Shown here: positions 24,001 through 36,600 of the stretch, one piece after another
How positions within the stretch are numbered: position 1 is the first letter of the stretch
Layout: each line of letters begins with the position of its first letter
Source: Klebsormidium nitens
Lineage: Eukaryota > Plantae > Klebsormidiophyceae
NCBI GenBank assembly: GCA_000708835.1
Contig: DF237046.1
Coordinates: forward strand, 70,079 to 134,078
Direction: 5' to 3'
Length of the DNA stretch: 64,000 nt
The notes under the pieces: generated by a model
The model's database searches: none
Told to the model about the DNA's origin: nothing
The model's input: the letters and a program-made list of their open reading frames with translations, nothing else
Translations under genes and position numbers: made by a program

Positions 24001-27000
24001 GGTATTTTTGCAGGAGTCCGAGAAGCCCTCCTGCTTCTGGCCTCTTCAATACTTATCGTGTGTGCTCTATACTGAATACTTAGTTCGGCTGGGTATTGAC
24101 ACCCTGTCTTCGGGATTGGGCTCTTCTAAAGGCACGTTCCCCTATTTGTTCTATCCAAGTGCTACAAATTTAGCGTCCCTTAGGAGGAGCAAGTTTCTCA
24201 CCAGAGTTAAACCAAAGAAGAAAAGGTTCGACTCAATCGCGGGGTGCTTCGTCGGTCTCTCAATATCCCTAACGGTGCCACGTGCTTGCCAGGCGAGCGG
24301 TTCCGCGCGCTGCTGGACTACCCCGCACGGATGTCGGACCGCGCCGCAGGGCAGAAGCTGCTGGACGACAACGTGCTGGTGCACCTGGAGCGGCCGCAGG
24401 ACAAGTTCAACCTGCTCGTGTGAGCCGTCAAAAGAAAATTCCGCTTTCGGTCTGCAAGACTTTGAGGCCCAACACCATGAATCTCAACTTCTGGCTTCTT
24501 GGATGGACCCGCCTCCTTCTCCTTACACAGCCCATCCAGTAGAAGGTTGTTCGTGGTGCCTACCAAGACAATGTTGACCTGTTCGAGCGAGCCGCCACAT
24601 TAAGGGCTCCCCAGCCTGACACTTGTCCAAATCGCTGTAGTGCACTTACACGGTATACAGTAGCTCAGTGTCCGAACGGAATTACATCCTCCTGTTGCGC
24701 GATGCAATCAAGAGAAAAGAAGAACGCTGCTTTCGTGTTGCTGAGGGGTGACAATTTTGGAGCTTGGTTCCAGCTTGTATTGGTTTGTTGTATATAGCGA
24801 AACGAACGGAAGGGCCGGTGCGTAATCTTGCTCTTGCTAGCTGATATTGAATCTTCTGTCATGTCGCCTTGATATCGGCTTGTTATCAAACTGCAAGAGA
24901 GTCTCTCCCGCCAATAGTTTAGCAACTTCCGATCACTGGACCGTCCCCGCGGCGCAGAAACTCCTCGTCAAAGTCTTCTGAATGGCGGCCCTGTTCTCAG
25001 CGAATCCTGACTGCTCGCGCGCGCTCGGTACACAGGTTCATGGTGCACAAGCTGTACGCGCTGGTGGACGGCGGGTGCTGCGACGACAATGCGGACGCGC
25101 TGGTGCACCACGAGCTGCTGCTGCCGGGCCACCTGCTCACCATGTTCCTCAAGGTGCGCGCGCAGTCACTCTCCGCAGGGGTTGCTCTGGGTTCAGTCTC
25201 AAGCGATGTAGGGTGCGAATCTTAGGGGTGAAGCGACCTGGCTTAGCCTGTGCACGCAACGAGTTGGTCTGAGTGGCAAACAGATCGAAGAATGAAGCTT
25301 GCTGGTTGGAGTTGCGTTGAAGATTTAGGGCCTTGGTGCTACGATAGCGGCTGCTGCTACGACTTCCCGCTCTCACAAGTTGATCCCGTGTTTTAACAGC
25401 TTGTACCGCTGGGCTCAGAAGTGAATCTGAATCGATTTGATTTTCCCCGGAGATTATCTATACGGTTCAAGGTGGACACATCGCTGCTCCTGCCATTTTA
25501 CGAAACCACCGTCTCGTCATGAGCCAAAAGGGGCTGGAGCTGGGACCATCATTCCGAAACTTGCTCGAATGTCTACTGTCCTGACACTCCTTGTCCCGCT
25601 GGTTTCCAGGAGCGGCTGCAGGAGTATTTGCAGCGCACCAAGGCTGTCATCGAGAAGGACCTCCGCGAGAACAAGGCGAAAGTCGACTTCTCCGACTCTA
25701 CCTACCTCAAAAAGGCGCTCGACAAGAACGGCGTGGACATCGGCAAAAAGATGGGCTACTTTTTGGCAACGGGCAACCTGGTGTCGCAGTCGGGGCTCGA
25801 TCTGCAGCAGACGAGCGGCTTCACCATTGTCGCGGAGCGGCTCAACTATCTGCGCTACGTGTCGCACTTCCGCTCCGTGCATCGCGGGGCCTACTTTGCG
25901 CAGCTGCGGACCACCACCGTGCGCAAGCTCCTTCCAGAGTGAGTGGGTCGCGTTGTCTTTGATCTGGAAGCAAGAGATCGAGATCCTAGCGTTCTGAGTC
26001 GTTCAAAGATCTTCTCACTTTCTACGAAATCAAGGGAAGCTCTTAAGTGAAGTGATTCTGACGGGCATACTCAAAGCCCGCTGACTGGGGCGGTCAAAAG
26101 TTGGGCTGGTCTGTTGTCGGCGGTAAGTCCAGGTGTATGTTTTGTGTTCTTTGGAGATCTCTCGGTGAGCTCGTTTTCAAAGCGTCGCCCAGAAGGAAGC
26201 GAGCGCAGACGACTTGGTTGTTCATCGCAGGTTCGTGGCGAAACGCCTCCTTAGTCGCTGTCTCCGAGGAGAAGATTCTGTTCACAAGTTCGCAGCTTGC
26301 GCAGAAGACTGACTCTGTGGTTGCACCAAAGCTTTGGTTGACCTGAGCAAGAATTCGCTTTCGTTCCCCCCTCCAAGAGTTTCCCGCCACTGCCCGCCAG
26401 TCGGTTCGTAACCCCGCCCTCTCCCGCCCGCAGGTCGTGGGGCTTCAAATGTAGGAGTTGTAAGCCTTAAGGTCTAGTAAGCTCCAAACTTAAGATCGAA
26501 ACCATGACCCTCAAAAATACCTGCGCCGCATTCTTACTGAATTTAAGTGTCCAAAGTAGGCCCACCCGTTCCAGGCTGGTAGTCATTTTGTTTTTTTGAC
26601 GCTTAGTTTCCTAAAAGCCAAACTTTACCCCTACAGGTCGTGGGGCTTCATGTGCCCGGTGCACACCCCCGACGGCGCCCCCTGCGGCCTGCTCATGCAC
26701 CTCACCATGCACTGCCGCGTCGTTACCACCGATCGCGCGCGCGAAGCGGACACCATCGCGGCGAATCTGAACAACACGCTGCTCGAGATGGGCATGCTCC
26801 CGGCGGCCACGGGGCTCGTTCTGCCGAGCCCTCCCAGCCACGTGGCGGTCATGCAGGACGGGAGGGTAATTGGAGCTTTGCGAGCAAGCGCGGCGCCCGG
26901 TGTGGTGGCGCGCATGCGGGCGCTCAAGACGCAGGGAGAGCTGCCCGCCGATCTAGAGGTGGGAAAGTGAAGAACTTAAGGGTATCAGGCAATCTAGGGT

Positions 27001-30000
27001 ATAAGGGTTCCAGCTTTCAGCTTGATGACGTGCTTCGACAGCGTGGAAGCAAGACCTGCGTCCAAGGCAATGTGGTTAGACAGCCTTGGGTAATCTGCAG
27101 GCTGCCAAAACAAATCGATGCACCAGTGCTGGCGTAACTTTCTGCGCGGTTGCGAAATTGTCCTGTCGATAAACGTCGACGAGTCCTTCATCAATTTGGT
27201 TCCCATGCCTGTGGTTGTTTCCGGGCTTTACAATGCATCCAGGGGATTGCCAGCCTCAGTCTTTTTCGCTGCCTTCACTGCAGATTGCTCACATCCCGTT
27301 CGAGGAGGGCGGTCCCTTCCCCGGGGTGTTCCTGGCCACCAGCCCCGCCCGGATGATCCGGCCGGTGCGGCAACTAGACAGCGGCGAGGTCGAAATGATT
27401 GGCCCGCTGGAGCAGGTATGTAGCCTTTGAACTCTGGAGAAGGAAAGATGTGTGAGCCCACCGCCTTTTGACGTTGATTTACATACCCGAATGCTTTGAG
27501 ATGATTGGATCGCGATCTGCGCTGTTACTAATTCACTGTCAGACAACAAAAACTGTAACGAGATTCCTGGAACTTTTCATGAGTTGCTCTCTATCGATTT
27601 AGCTACTGATTCCGAAGTCCGAAGCATGGTCACAGGCTCCAAAGGTCAACAGCATCATTTCAAGGCACTTCTCCCTTCCGTTCCTCCGAGTCCGAAACTC
27701 TGTTCCTCGCCTGTGTCTGGATGCGAATAGACGTGCCGTGACCGGACTGCTTTGCTAGAGCTCTGCTCATTCGATTGTAAGACCTGTTCACTTGTTTCCC
27801 TTGCCTCTGTCCAGATGTACATGGACGTGCGGTGTCCGGACGGCACGACGGGCGGCGGCGCGGACGTCCGGTTCACGCACGAGGAGCTGCACCCGACGGG
27901 CATGCTGAGCATGGTGGCCAACCTGACGCCCTGGAGCGACTACAACCAGAGCCCGCGAAACATGTACCAGTGCCAGGCAAGCGCAACCCACGAGGCGCCC
28001 GGGATCCTCCGCGCATGTTGACTGTTTTCTAGAACTGGTCATAGCTGAGAGGGGCTGGACGGTGCTGTCAAGGTTCACGTTTGGGCAAGCAAGGACGTTA
28101 TGTTGCTTTGAACCTCGTGGGCGTTCCAAGAGTCAGCATTTGCACAAATTTGCCGAGCGTGTCCACGGATATGTATAATTCTTTTCTTTGAAGAGTCAAT
28201 CAAGAGACACTAGGTGGTTCAGGCGAGATGTGCTTCTTAAGAGCTTCAAACCCGGTGCGCTCTGTTTCTGGGCACCCAGACTTTCAAGGAGCTTCTTTTC
28301 ATTGTCAGCTTCGTGTCCCTTGAGTACCAACGCCCCCAACTCCTGGCTGATAAGCACTGTCTCGTGCCTTGAATGGGCACGGGCTGATGTGAGAAGCGCG
28401 CATCACAGTTGATTGACTCGCCCCCCCAAATTCCTGCGCAGATGGGCAAGCAGACGATGGGCGTCCCGTACCACGCCAACACGCACCGGCCCGACACCAA
28501 GACGTACCGCCTGCAGACACCGCAGAAGCCCATCGCCCGGACGGGGACTTACGGCGACTACTGCGTGGACGATTACCCCCTCGGGACAAACGCGGTGGTC
28601 GCCGTGCTCGCGTACACGGGGTGAGCAGGCTGTTGCATTTGTACCCCAGCAGTCCAAAAGCGACTGCCTACGAAGACTTGCTGCTTAGAGGCGGGTGTTT
28701 TGAGTGCACCTTGAGCCGGCGGCGGCGTGCGGTTCTTTCTGATAAACGTAGCTTGAGTGTCAGTATCATCACTTGACGGCTTTGCCACGGCTGACGAAGT
28801 ACGGAGACTCGCTGCTTGTACATGTGTCGTCCTCAACCAACACACGGACAGGACATTCAGTAGAACCTTTCCATTGCCATACTGGCAACTCCCCTGTCTC
28901 CTAAGATTCAGAAGCCCCAGGCACCAAAATTGAAAACTTTACCCCAAAAAGTACCCGCTGCGCACCCCTACACGCCTACCCACCCACCAACCCTACCCAT
29001 CCCCCGGCCTATGACCCTCACGAGACAAGCCCCTTACAAGGCAGGGGAGTTATTACTATCCCATTGTCTTCTCCGTCTCGCTGCTTTCCACTATTTCAGG
29101 GGTTATACTCACTGCAGGCCAGCCTCTGGTGCGCTCAGCTGGATTTTGCAAGCTGACCTGGGCCGTTCGTCCCAGGTACGACATGGAGGACGCGATGATC
29201 ATCAACAAGTCCGCGATGGAGCGCGGGCTGTGCCACGGCACCATGTTCAAAACGGAGACCATCGACCTAAAGCCGCTGCGCGCGCGCGGGGACGCCATCA
29301 CCACAGAGTTCCGCAGGGGGTCAAAGAAGGCGCGGCCCTCGGCCCCCGGCAAGAGCGGGGACCCCATCGAAAAGTTCATCGACGTCGACGGGCTGCCGCA
29401 CGTGGGGCAGGTGAGCCGTTCCTTGAGGAGATTGGAAGGCATACGGAGCCTCGTTGCCGTGTACAGATCCGATGAGGATTGGTATTGCTGTACTGCCGCT
29501 TTTAATCGCAAGGGATGGGGCGGAAGGAGGGGGGCGGGTCGAGGAGAGTAGATGGTTTTGAAGCATCGCTCTCAGACGGGTAGAAGGAGCATCGCCCCGC
29601 TCCGCCTTTCGAGGATTTCAACCCTGTAGCGCGCAGGTCCAGACTGCTACAACTTCTTTTAATGTCAGCATTCGATTTCGGCGCTGTCCTTATGAAGACT
29701 TGACCCCCGTGTGTTTGCTACGTACAGCCGCTGCAGTCGGACGACCCGTACGTGAGCGCGGTGAACAAGGTGACGGGGCAGGAGAAGCTGACCAAGCTCA
29801 AGGGGAGCGAGAACGCGGTGGTGGACCAGGTGAGGAGCAGCCACCGCCAATGTTGCTGCAACCTTCAGCTTCTTGCTGCCTTGAAAAAATGGCCCTTGCC
29901 TTTGGCTTGGAAGGAGTTTATCACCTTTCAGTGTCAGAAAGGAGAATATTGAGCGCCTGCAGCTTTGCAATAGCTCCTATCTCGTTTAAGCCTCGTTTCC

Positions 30001-32396
30001 CCAGGATTACAAGCCAGCGCTAAAGCTGCCTTTGCGAGGAGCTTCTGGACCGTCCTTACTTCGCAGCTTGTGCCGGAAACTTCAAGCTGCTGTGTCCGAT
30101 GCTGCCCTACTCTCGCCTTGTTAGCAATAGCGGCCCTCGGTTGTAGATTACTCCGGTGCGAGTCCCTTTCCCGCCGTCTTCGTGCTGTTCTCTTAAAAAA
30201 CTCTCGACCAGCTATTTGTATCGGTGAAACATGGTGGCATTCTGCATACACTTGGCCAGCCTTCTCGCCACGACCGCTGACAACATTCCCCCGCAGGTGA
30301 CGCTGCTCGGCGGCGCTGCGGACGAGCCGGCGCAGGCGGTGTCTGTGAAGCTGCGGTACAACCGCAACCCGGTGATTGGGGACAAGTTCAGCAGCCGGCA
30401 CGGGCAGAAGGGCGTCCTCTCGCAGCTCTGGCCCGACATCGACATGCCCTTCGCAGCAAACACCGGCATGCGGCCAGACATCATCATTAACCCGCACGCC
30501 TTCCCCTCCAGGTGACGACTTGTTCTAAGTCCTTCTTAGCCGTTTGAAAGAAGATTTGAAGACTAGTAATTGTAGTCCTGACGCGGTTTTGATGGACCTG
30601 TCTCTGTCCCTATGCTGTTTCCAAGACCTTGCTTGGTGACGAAGGTACTGGGTGCAGCTGAAACCTTATGAAAAGGTACTAGGAAGGATAGTTTTCTCGA
30701 GCAAAAACGCTCTCTACGGGGCCGATTTCCAATCACGCGAGCCACCTCTCACTTTGCAAAGGCGAACTTGCAGCCACAACCCACACTTCACTGTGTTCGT
30801 TATGCAATGTACTAGCGATACCACAACACCGCCCACAACTTTTCACGGACAAGCGACACCACAGCCACAAGAATGTAACCAATATGCTTACGTCTCAGAA
30901 GCAGCTTTTTCGATGAACCAGTCTCTAAGCTCGCCTGTTTTGTTGGTACAGAATGACAATCGGTATGCTGGTGGAGAGCATGGCGGCCAAGGCAGGCGCG
31001 CTCCGCGGCGAGTTCGTGGACGCGACGCCGTTCCGGTCGTCAGTTGCCCGCCAGGACAAGTCGATAGTGGACCACTTTGGGGAGCAGCTCGCAGCGGCGG
31101 GCTTCAACTACTATGGCAACGAGGTGCGCACAAATCACGCTACTCCTCTGCCGGCAGAAGATTCGGAACTTTGGCGCCAGGGTTGCCTCTGCAAACCCCT
31201 CTTTCCTATCTTGCGAACCAGCAAGCTGTTTTCGTGTTGTAGAAGCGTGCCATTGCTCACAATGATTGTCGCCAGAACAAAGAGAGAGTCAAACTTGCGA
31301 GACCGACGAGCAGAGACCGTTGCCTTGTGTGTTCGGTACTGACCGCTCGTCCTGCTAGTCAAGGAGCCGTATGTTTAAGACATGTAGGCGTAATATCTCC
31401 TTCACCCTCAATCGAATTTACGTCAGCAAAACGAAGGTTCTCCATTCCGCCTGCCATACTCCTTGCGTCGCTGTCCGATCACCTCTGTTTTTCCGCCCGT
31501 CTGCAGACGATGTACAGCGGCGTGCTGGGGACGGAGCTGACGGCCCAGATCTACATGGGCGTCGTGTACTACCAGCGGCTGCGCCACATGGTGTCCGACA
31601 AGTTCCAGGTCGGTCCGCGCGCTCGGGATCGCCCTTGAAAAGACAATGCAGAAAGCAGGCAGTATGCATGTTGAATGCGGCGGGTGATTGTTCCAGCGTT
31701 TGGGGCGTCTGATCTTTTCAGAATCCTCCACTGCTTCTTCGCAGGAACTTCATCAAGGGGGCTTTGTGGTAATCACAAACGTTCGGCTTTATGTTCTTCG
31801 AGAGAACAGCTGGGTGGCGTTTTGTCCTTGCAAAGCGATCTGCGGTCGAGTTGGGCTCGGGGCCTTCTACAGGATGCTCTTCCTGGAATGCCGCGCCATA
31901 CCTTCTTACCCGACTGTGGCCCACCTTACGAATCAATGCACTGTTCTTAATGAGCCGGTCCTTACCTCTGGCCCGCCATGTGCTTTGTTCCCTCGTGCAG
32001 GTGCGGTCCGTGGGCCCCGTCAACAACCTGACCCACCAGCCCGTCAAGGGCCGCAAGGCCGGTGGCGGCATCCGGTTTGGCGAAATGGAGCGCGACTCGC
32101 TGCTCGCGCACGGCGCCGCCTTTCTGCTTCACGACCGGTTACACGCGTCGTCGGATTACCACACCACGGACGTCTGCTCCACGTGCGGGAGCCTGCTGTC
32201 GACGCAGTTAAATGCAGGCGGTGTGAATGGCCACCCGGGGGGGCCGCGAGGGCCGGGCGAGAAACGGAAGGTGGAGTGCCGGGTGTGCGGGACGAGCCGG
32301 GGGGTAGAGCGCGTGGCCATGCCGTATGTGTTCAAGTTCTTGGCCGCGGAGCTGGCGGCGATGAACATTAAAGTGAAATTGACGCTCTCGAAATGA
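21058..32396 (+). CDS. NRPA2: DNA-directed RNA polymerase I second-largest subunit, 18 exons
   Basis: Motifs [121 protein letters not shown] and a C-terminal CxxC...CxxC zinc ribbon. The Pol I-type variants (YQCQM, SDKFQVR) distinguish it from RPB2 and RPC2. Confidence 0.97.
26431..26650 (+). repeat. 17-bp direct repeat CAGGTCGTGGGGCTTCA (26431-26447 and 26634-26650) flanking a 186-bp AT-richer segment at the RPA2 intron 8 / exon 9 boundary
   Basis: Exact 17-nt match. The repeat contains the splice-acceptor AG and the first exon codons. Confidence 0.9.
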
Positions 32397-33115
32397 ATGA
32401 TGACGAAGTTCGTGCGCATGCAACCACTGCTTGATCATTCCATTTTTTACTTAGCGATCCCTGAAAGGTTGATGTTTAAGAAGTGCATCAAGTGAGGTGT
32501 AGTCGGGCAACGGTTGATTGCTCCATGCATGCACAGAGTGAACTGCCAGAGCTGGATGGGGGCCCTTTGCAGTGCTTGAAGCATGCCCGCAGTGACGTTT
32601 CCATGTAAGTTGGATCCGATCAGGCACCCTCGGCGGTCAGCAAGGTTTGAGAGTACCGTCTTGTCCTGAAACATACGAACCACATGCACGTCTCATGCAA
32701 GTTTATCTGCCGCAGTGCTATGGCTCATTGCATGCCACCAGGTAGCTTTTACCCATGTAGCCAAAACAGGCACATGATCGAGCATGGTCTAGCATTTGCG
32801 TCGACAACATTTACAAGGTCTTTCTATGGAAGTAAACAATAGCAATTGTGACCACAATGGAGTACACAGTACGCCATACTATGATGTTGCTCATGCATCC
32901 GAAGTCTGCCACTGAGGACCACAGCTTCGCAACGGGTTCGCAACCCCAGCAGCGCTCGGTACACAATTTTGTGATTAACACTTTGAGACGTTCCGACGTT
33001 AAATTATCGGTACACAACTGCTCTCTGCTGTGAGCTCAAGATTGAGCCATTCCGTCACTTCCTCGGGAGCCTGCAAACCAAAAGTTCAATGCAACGCATG
33101 CCAGCAGCCCAGCCA

Positions 33116-33290
33116 CTAGGGGCGCACTGGCAGGGGCCGCCGCCGCCCTGGCGGCGGCTATGTACGTACCAGTGCATACCTGAGGCGGCCCCGCGCCATG
33201 GGCCGCGCCGCACCGCAACGCGCACACCCCCCATACGGGCCCCCGGGTGCCTGACGCAGAGACGCCTCCACAAACGTTGATGCGTGGCAA
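33116..33290. other. GC-rich hairpin-forming segment upstream of TPC; possibly a small non-autonomous element end (Helitron-like on the minus strand)
   Basis: Stem GCCGCCGCC-CT-GGCGGCGGC (33139-33158) inside an outer stem GCACTGG/CCAGTGC (33124-33130/33169-33175). On the minus strand a CTAG|T lies 19 nt past the hairpin. Confidence 0.3.
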
Positions 33291-33634
33291 TTGCCAATTA
33301 TGAATGATTTATTGGAAGCACTGCGTACCGGTCACAGCTTCCGCTTGCTACTGCCAGTATCTATGCTCGATCTGTTCAGTGCATGATGGATTTGTACCTG
33401 CCCGGGTGGAGGTTTGACATGCAGTGCATAAGCTATGTAGTTTTCCGTAATTGAAAGTCTTGCTTTGACCAGTATCTACTCTCCGCATCTGCCTTGAACT
33501 CGTTGAAGTGGATATTGCCGGAGTGTTGAAACAGTTGCAGAAAGCACGGAGGCGCTCTGAATGTCAAGCTGCAGCCGCTCTCCTGTAGCCAGTGTAGGTG
33601 GTGGTGAGTGACAGGCTCGTGGCAGGGTGCGGCG

Positions 33635-36600
33635 ATGACTCGCGTCGAGGAGCCTCTCTTGGGGTCCAGCTCCAGAGCTGCGCCTGATCACGGATCAGAT
33701 GAAATTCGTGACTACAATGGAGCAAGGAACAAGCTCGGGAGCCAGACCACTGCATCTGGGGTGAGTGAAGAGAAGGGGCTATTGTAACATGGTGGCACTG
33801 CTCTTGTGATTCAAGATGTTTTCAGGGGTGTGGGCATGTCTTCAATTGGCGGAACAAGCAATGGTGCACAATGTGGAAGACAATAGATGATCAATTTCAG
33901 GAGCTGGCAGCCCTAGATGCAAAACATCCCTGCTGGCACTGCGCACTAGCTCAGCACAGTGGGCCACCATTGCACGAAGATTAATTCTCAGGAAATCCAA
34001 TGGTGGATTTCAGTTTGCTGAGGAAGCTTGGGGCTTCAAGATAGACATTCATGAAGAGTCCAGCCATGGGCTCAAATGTTTGCTAAAGATGGGGGAAGAT
34101 GCACATCCTCCTGCTGAATGATGAAGTTATCTGGTGATCAACCGGAGCAAGCTATAGAGCAGCTTCAGATGTCCCACGTGTCCCACTATGTGATATATAG
34201 CTAACACTCTGCCAAAAAGATGGGCAGACATTCGCCAGATGCTCATTTCTTGGCAACCATCAGTACCTCGACTTGTTGTACCAATGCAAGCCTGCTGATA
34301 GAAGAAAGACACCTCCTTTCGCCACAGTACTTTTGCAGCCATTGCTTTTCCTTATGCCCCACTTGGGAATCAACAAAGCACCCCTTCTGTGCAGGCATCG
34401 GTCAGCCGCGCACAGGCCCTAGCCTCCGGCAGCACCATCGAGCGTGCAGCGGCCCTGGTTGACCTGGCAGAAGACGGCATCGGCCTGCCGCTGGACCTCA
34501 TACACAGTGCAGACTTTGGCGAGCGGACGCGCCTCTACTTTCTATACAACACCTTTGACCCCCTCTGGACGCTCAACATCATTCTTCTCCTGGTGCTCAA
34601 CTTCATCGAGGTTCCGTCCTGGTGTTCTAATGCCTGGCCGCATCCGTGCGGGGGCGACAACACGGATGCTTACCACCTGGGCGACGTGCCTTACCTCCAC
34701 CCAAAGGTGTTCAACATAGTGGAGCTGGTGTCGCTAGCACTGCTGATTGCACAGGTAAGGCCAATGGGAGTGTGGGGTGGGTTTCTGAAGTCCTCACCGC
34801 ATAGTATGGGCCGCCAACCAACTTCCTCAAGGAAGATTCTCTACAAAAAAGGGCGCCTCCTTTTGTGGCTCATCATTCATCTCTCCTAGCATTGCCCTGG
34901 CATTTGCTCCAATGTTGCTCCTGCCAGGAGCTGGTTGAGATGGGCCCCTTTCTTATTGTTCATGTTGGATTGATAGATTGCTTGGCTTTTCCTTGAGTAA
35001 TATCGCTTCTCCGTTTCTGCTGGCAGGTGCTCTTGCCTCTGACATTTGAAGGCCCAGAACACTTCTGGAAAGACCGGCTAAACAGGACCTTTGTGTTCCT
35101 GAGCGCCCTGCTTGCCGCTGATGTCATCCTCTACAGCATCGGGCTCTGGGCAGGATTCTGGAGTCTGCCTGCGGTCCTCTCATTCCGATTGGCTCCATAT
35201 CTAAGGTGAGAAGTGCAGCAAGAACGTACTGAAATTGAAAGCAGACTCGAAGGGACCACACTTTCTGCTTGGATCGCTTGACTGTCGGAACATCTTTTGC
35301 AATGTGTTTATTGTTGTGGAGTTGATGCCCTTCTCTACAAAGTGTTTGGTTTTTGAATATTCGCAGGGTGGTCACGGTGTGTTGCTCCGAGTCTGAGATC
35401 CGCAAGGGCCTGCGCATCCTGTTTGGCATCATCCCAGGGTTCCTGGACATGATGACCCTCGTTGGCATCTGGCTTCTCTTCTCCGCGTGGCTTATGTACC
35501 TCCTTTTCGAGGATTCCCTCCAGGTATGCACCCTCTTCGCTTGCAAGGGCGGAAGTGCTCATTCTGCGTGCCTCGCAGAGACATACCCTTAATGGACGGT
35601 TGCCTGTTCAGATTTCGTCCTGAAGTGATTGTCCAGCTGAGCTGCCCCAGGTCGCCTGACGAATCAAGATTCCTGCACCAGAGTTGTTCGTAGATGGAGC
35701 GGATCAGACCCGCTTGTGGTGCGACCTTGACACTTGCTGCAGACACCACAAAAGCTTACAATAAGAATTGCAGTCCCCTAAGTATATTGACGCAACAAAC
35801 TAGCCTGAGGGGAATCGCCTCAAACGTCTCTCGGATTGCTTCCACATTTGTGCAAGTTATGGACTCATTTTCCAACAAAAACCGGGAGGTCAGAGGTTCG
35901 GTCCCTCTATCAGGAGCACATGTTTTCGAGCACTTGTTTTCGAGCACTTGCTGTCGGAAACGGTGGACGGATCGTTTGAAAACAAGTGAGGCTGGAAACC
36001 CAGTCGCTCCATGCTGGCCGCAGGGCGAGCTGACGTTCACGAGCTACCGCGCCACGCTGAACGAGGCCATCATCGCTATGTTCACGGGCAGCAACGTGCC
36101 CGACTTCTGGATGCCCGCCTTCAACCAGAACCGCATCGCCTGCCTTGTTTTCATGGGTGAGCGCCACCTTTTGCCCCGCTCCAGAAGGCCGCTTTTGTAA
36201 AGCGTTTTTGGCGTGGATGATGTAAGCAAAAGTCTAGCTGTCAATAGCACAAGCGGATACAAACCGGCGCAAGAGCTTCGTGCAGAACGAACGCGCTTTA
36301 TTGTCGGTGTCGAGGTTGAGGAAGCCCCTCGCATTCGGACCACCTGCGTCCCCTTCTGACTGGCGCTTTCTGGCCTGTTTCGGTGCAGCGTTCCTGTTCA
36401 TCTCGACCAACTTCTTCATGAGCCTGATCCTGGCGGTTGTGTACAACGGGTGAGTTGACGTCAGTCAGGCACCCTTCGGGGACGTTGAACCGATGCACGG
36501 ATTCCGTGATCCGACTCTGAGGAAGCTGAGGTGCGGGAAGAATTGTTCCGTGCAGGCATCTTGAGCCCTTGTCGTTTGGACCTCCGAGCACCTCGAAGCA

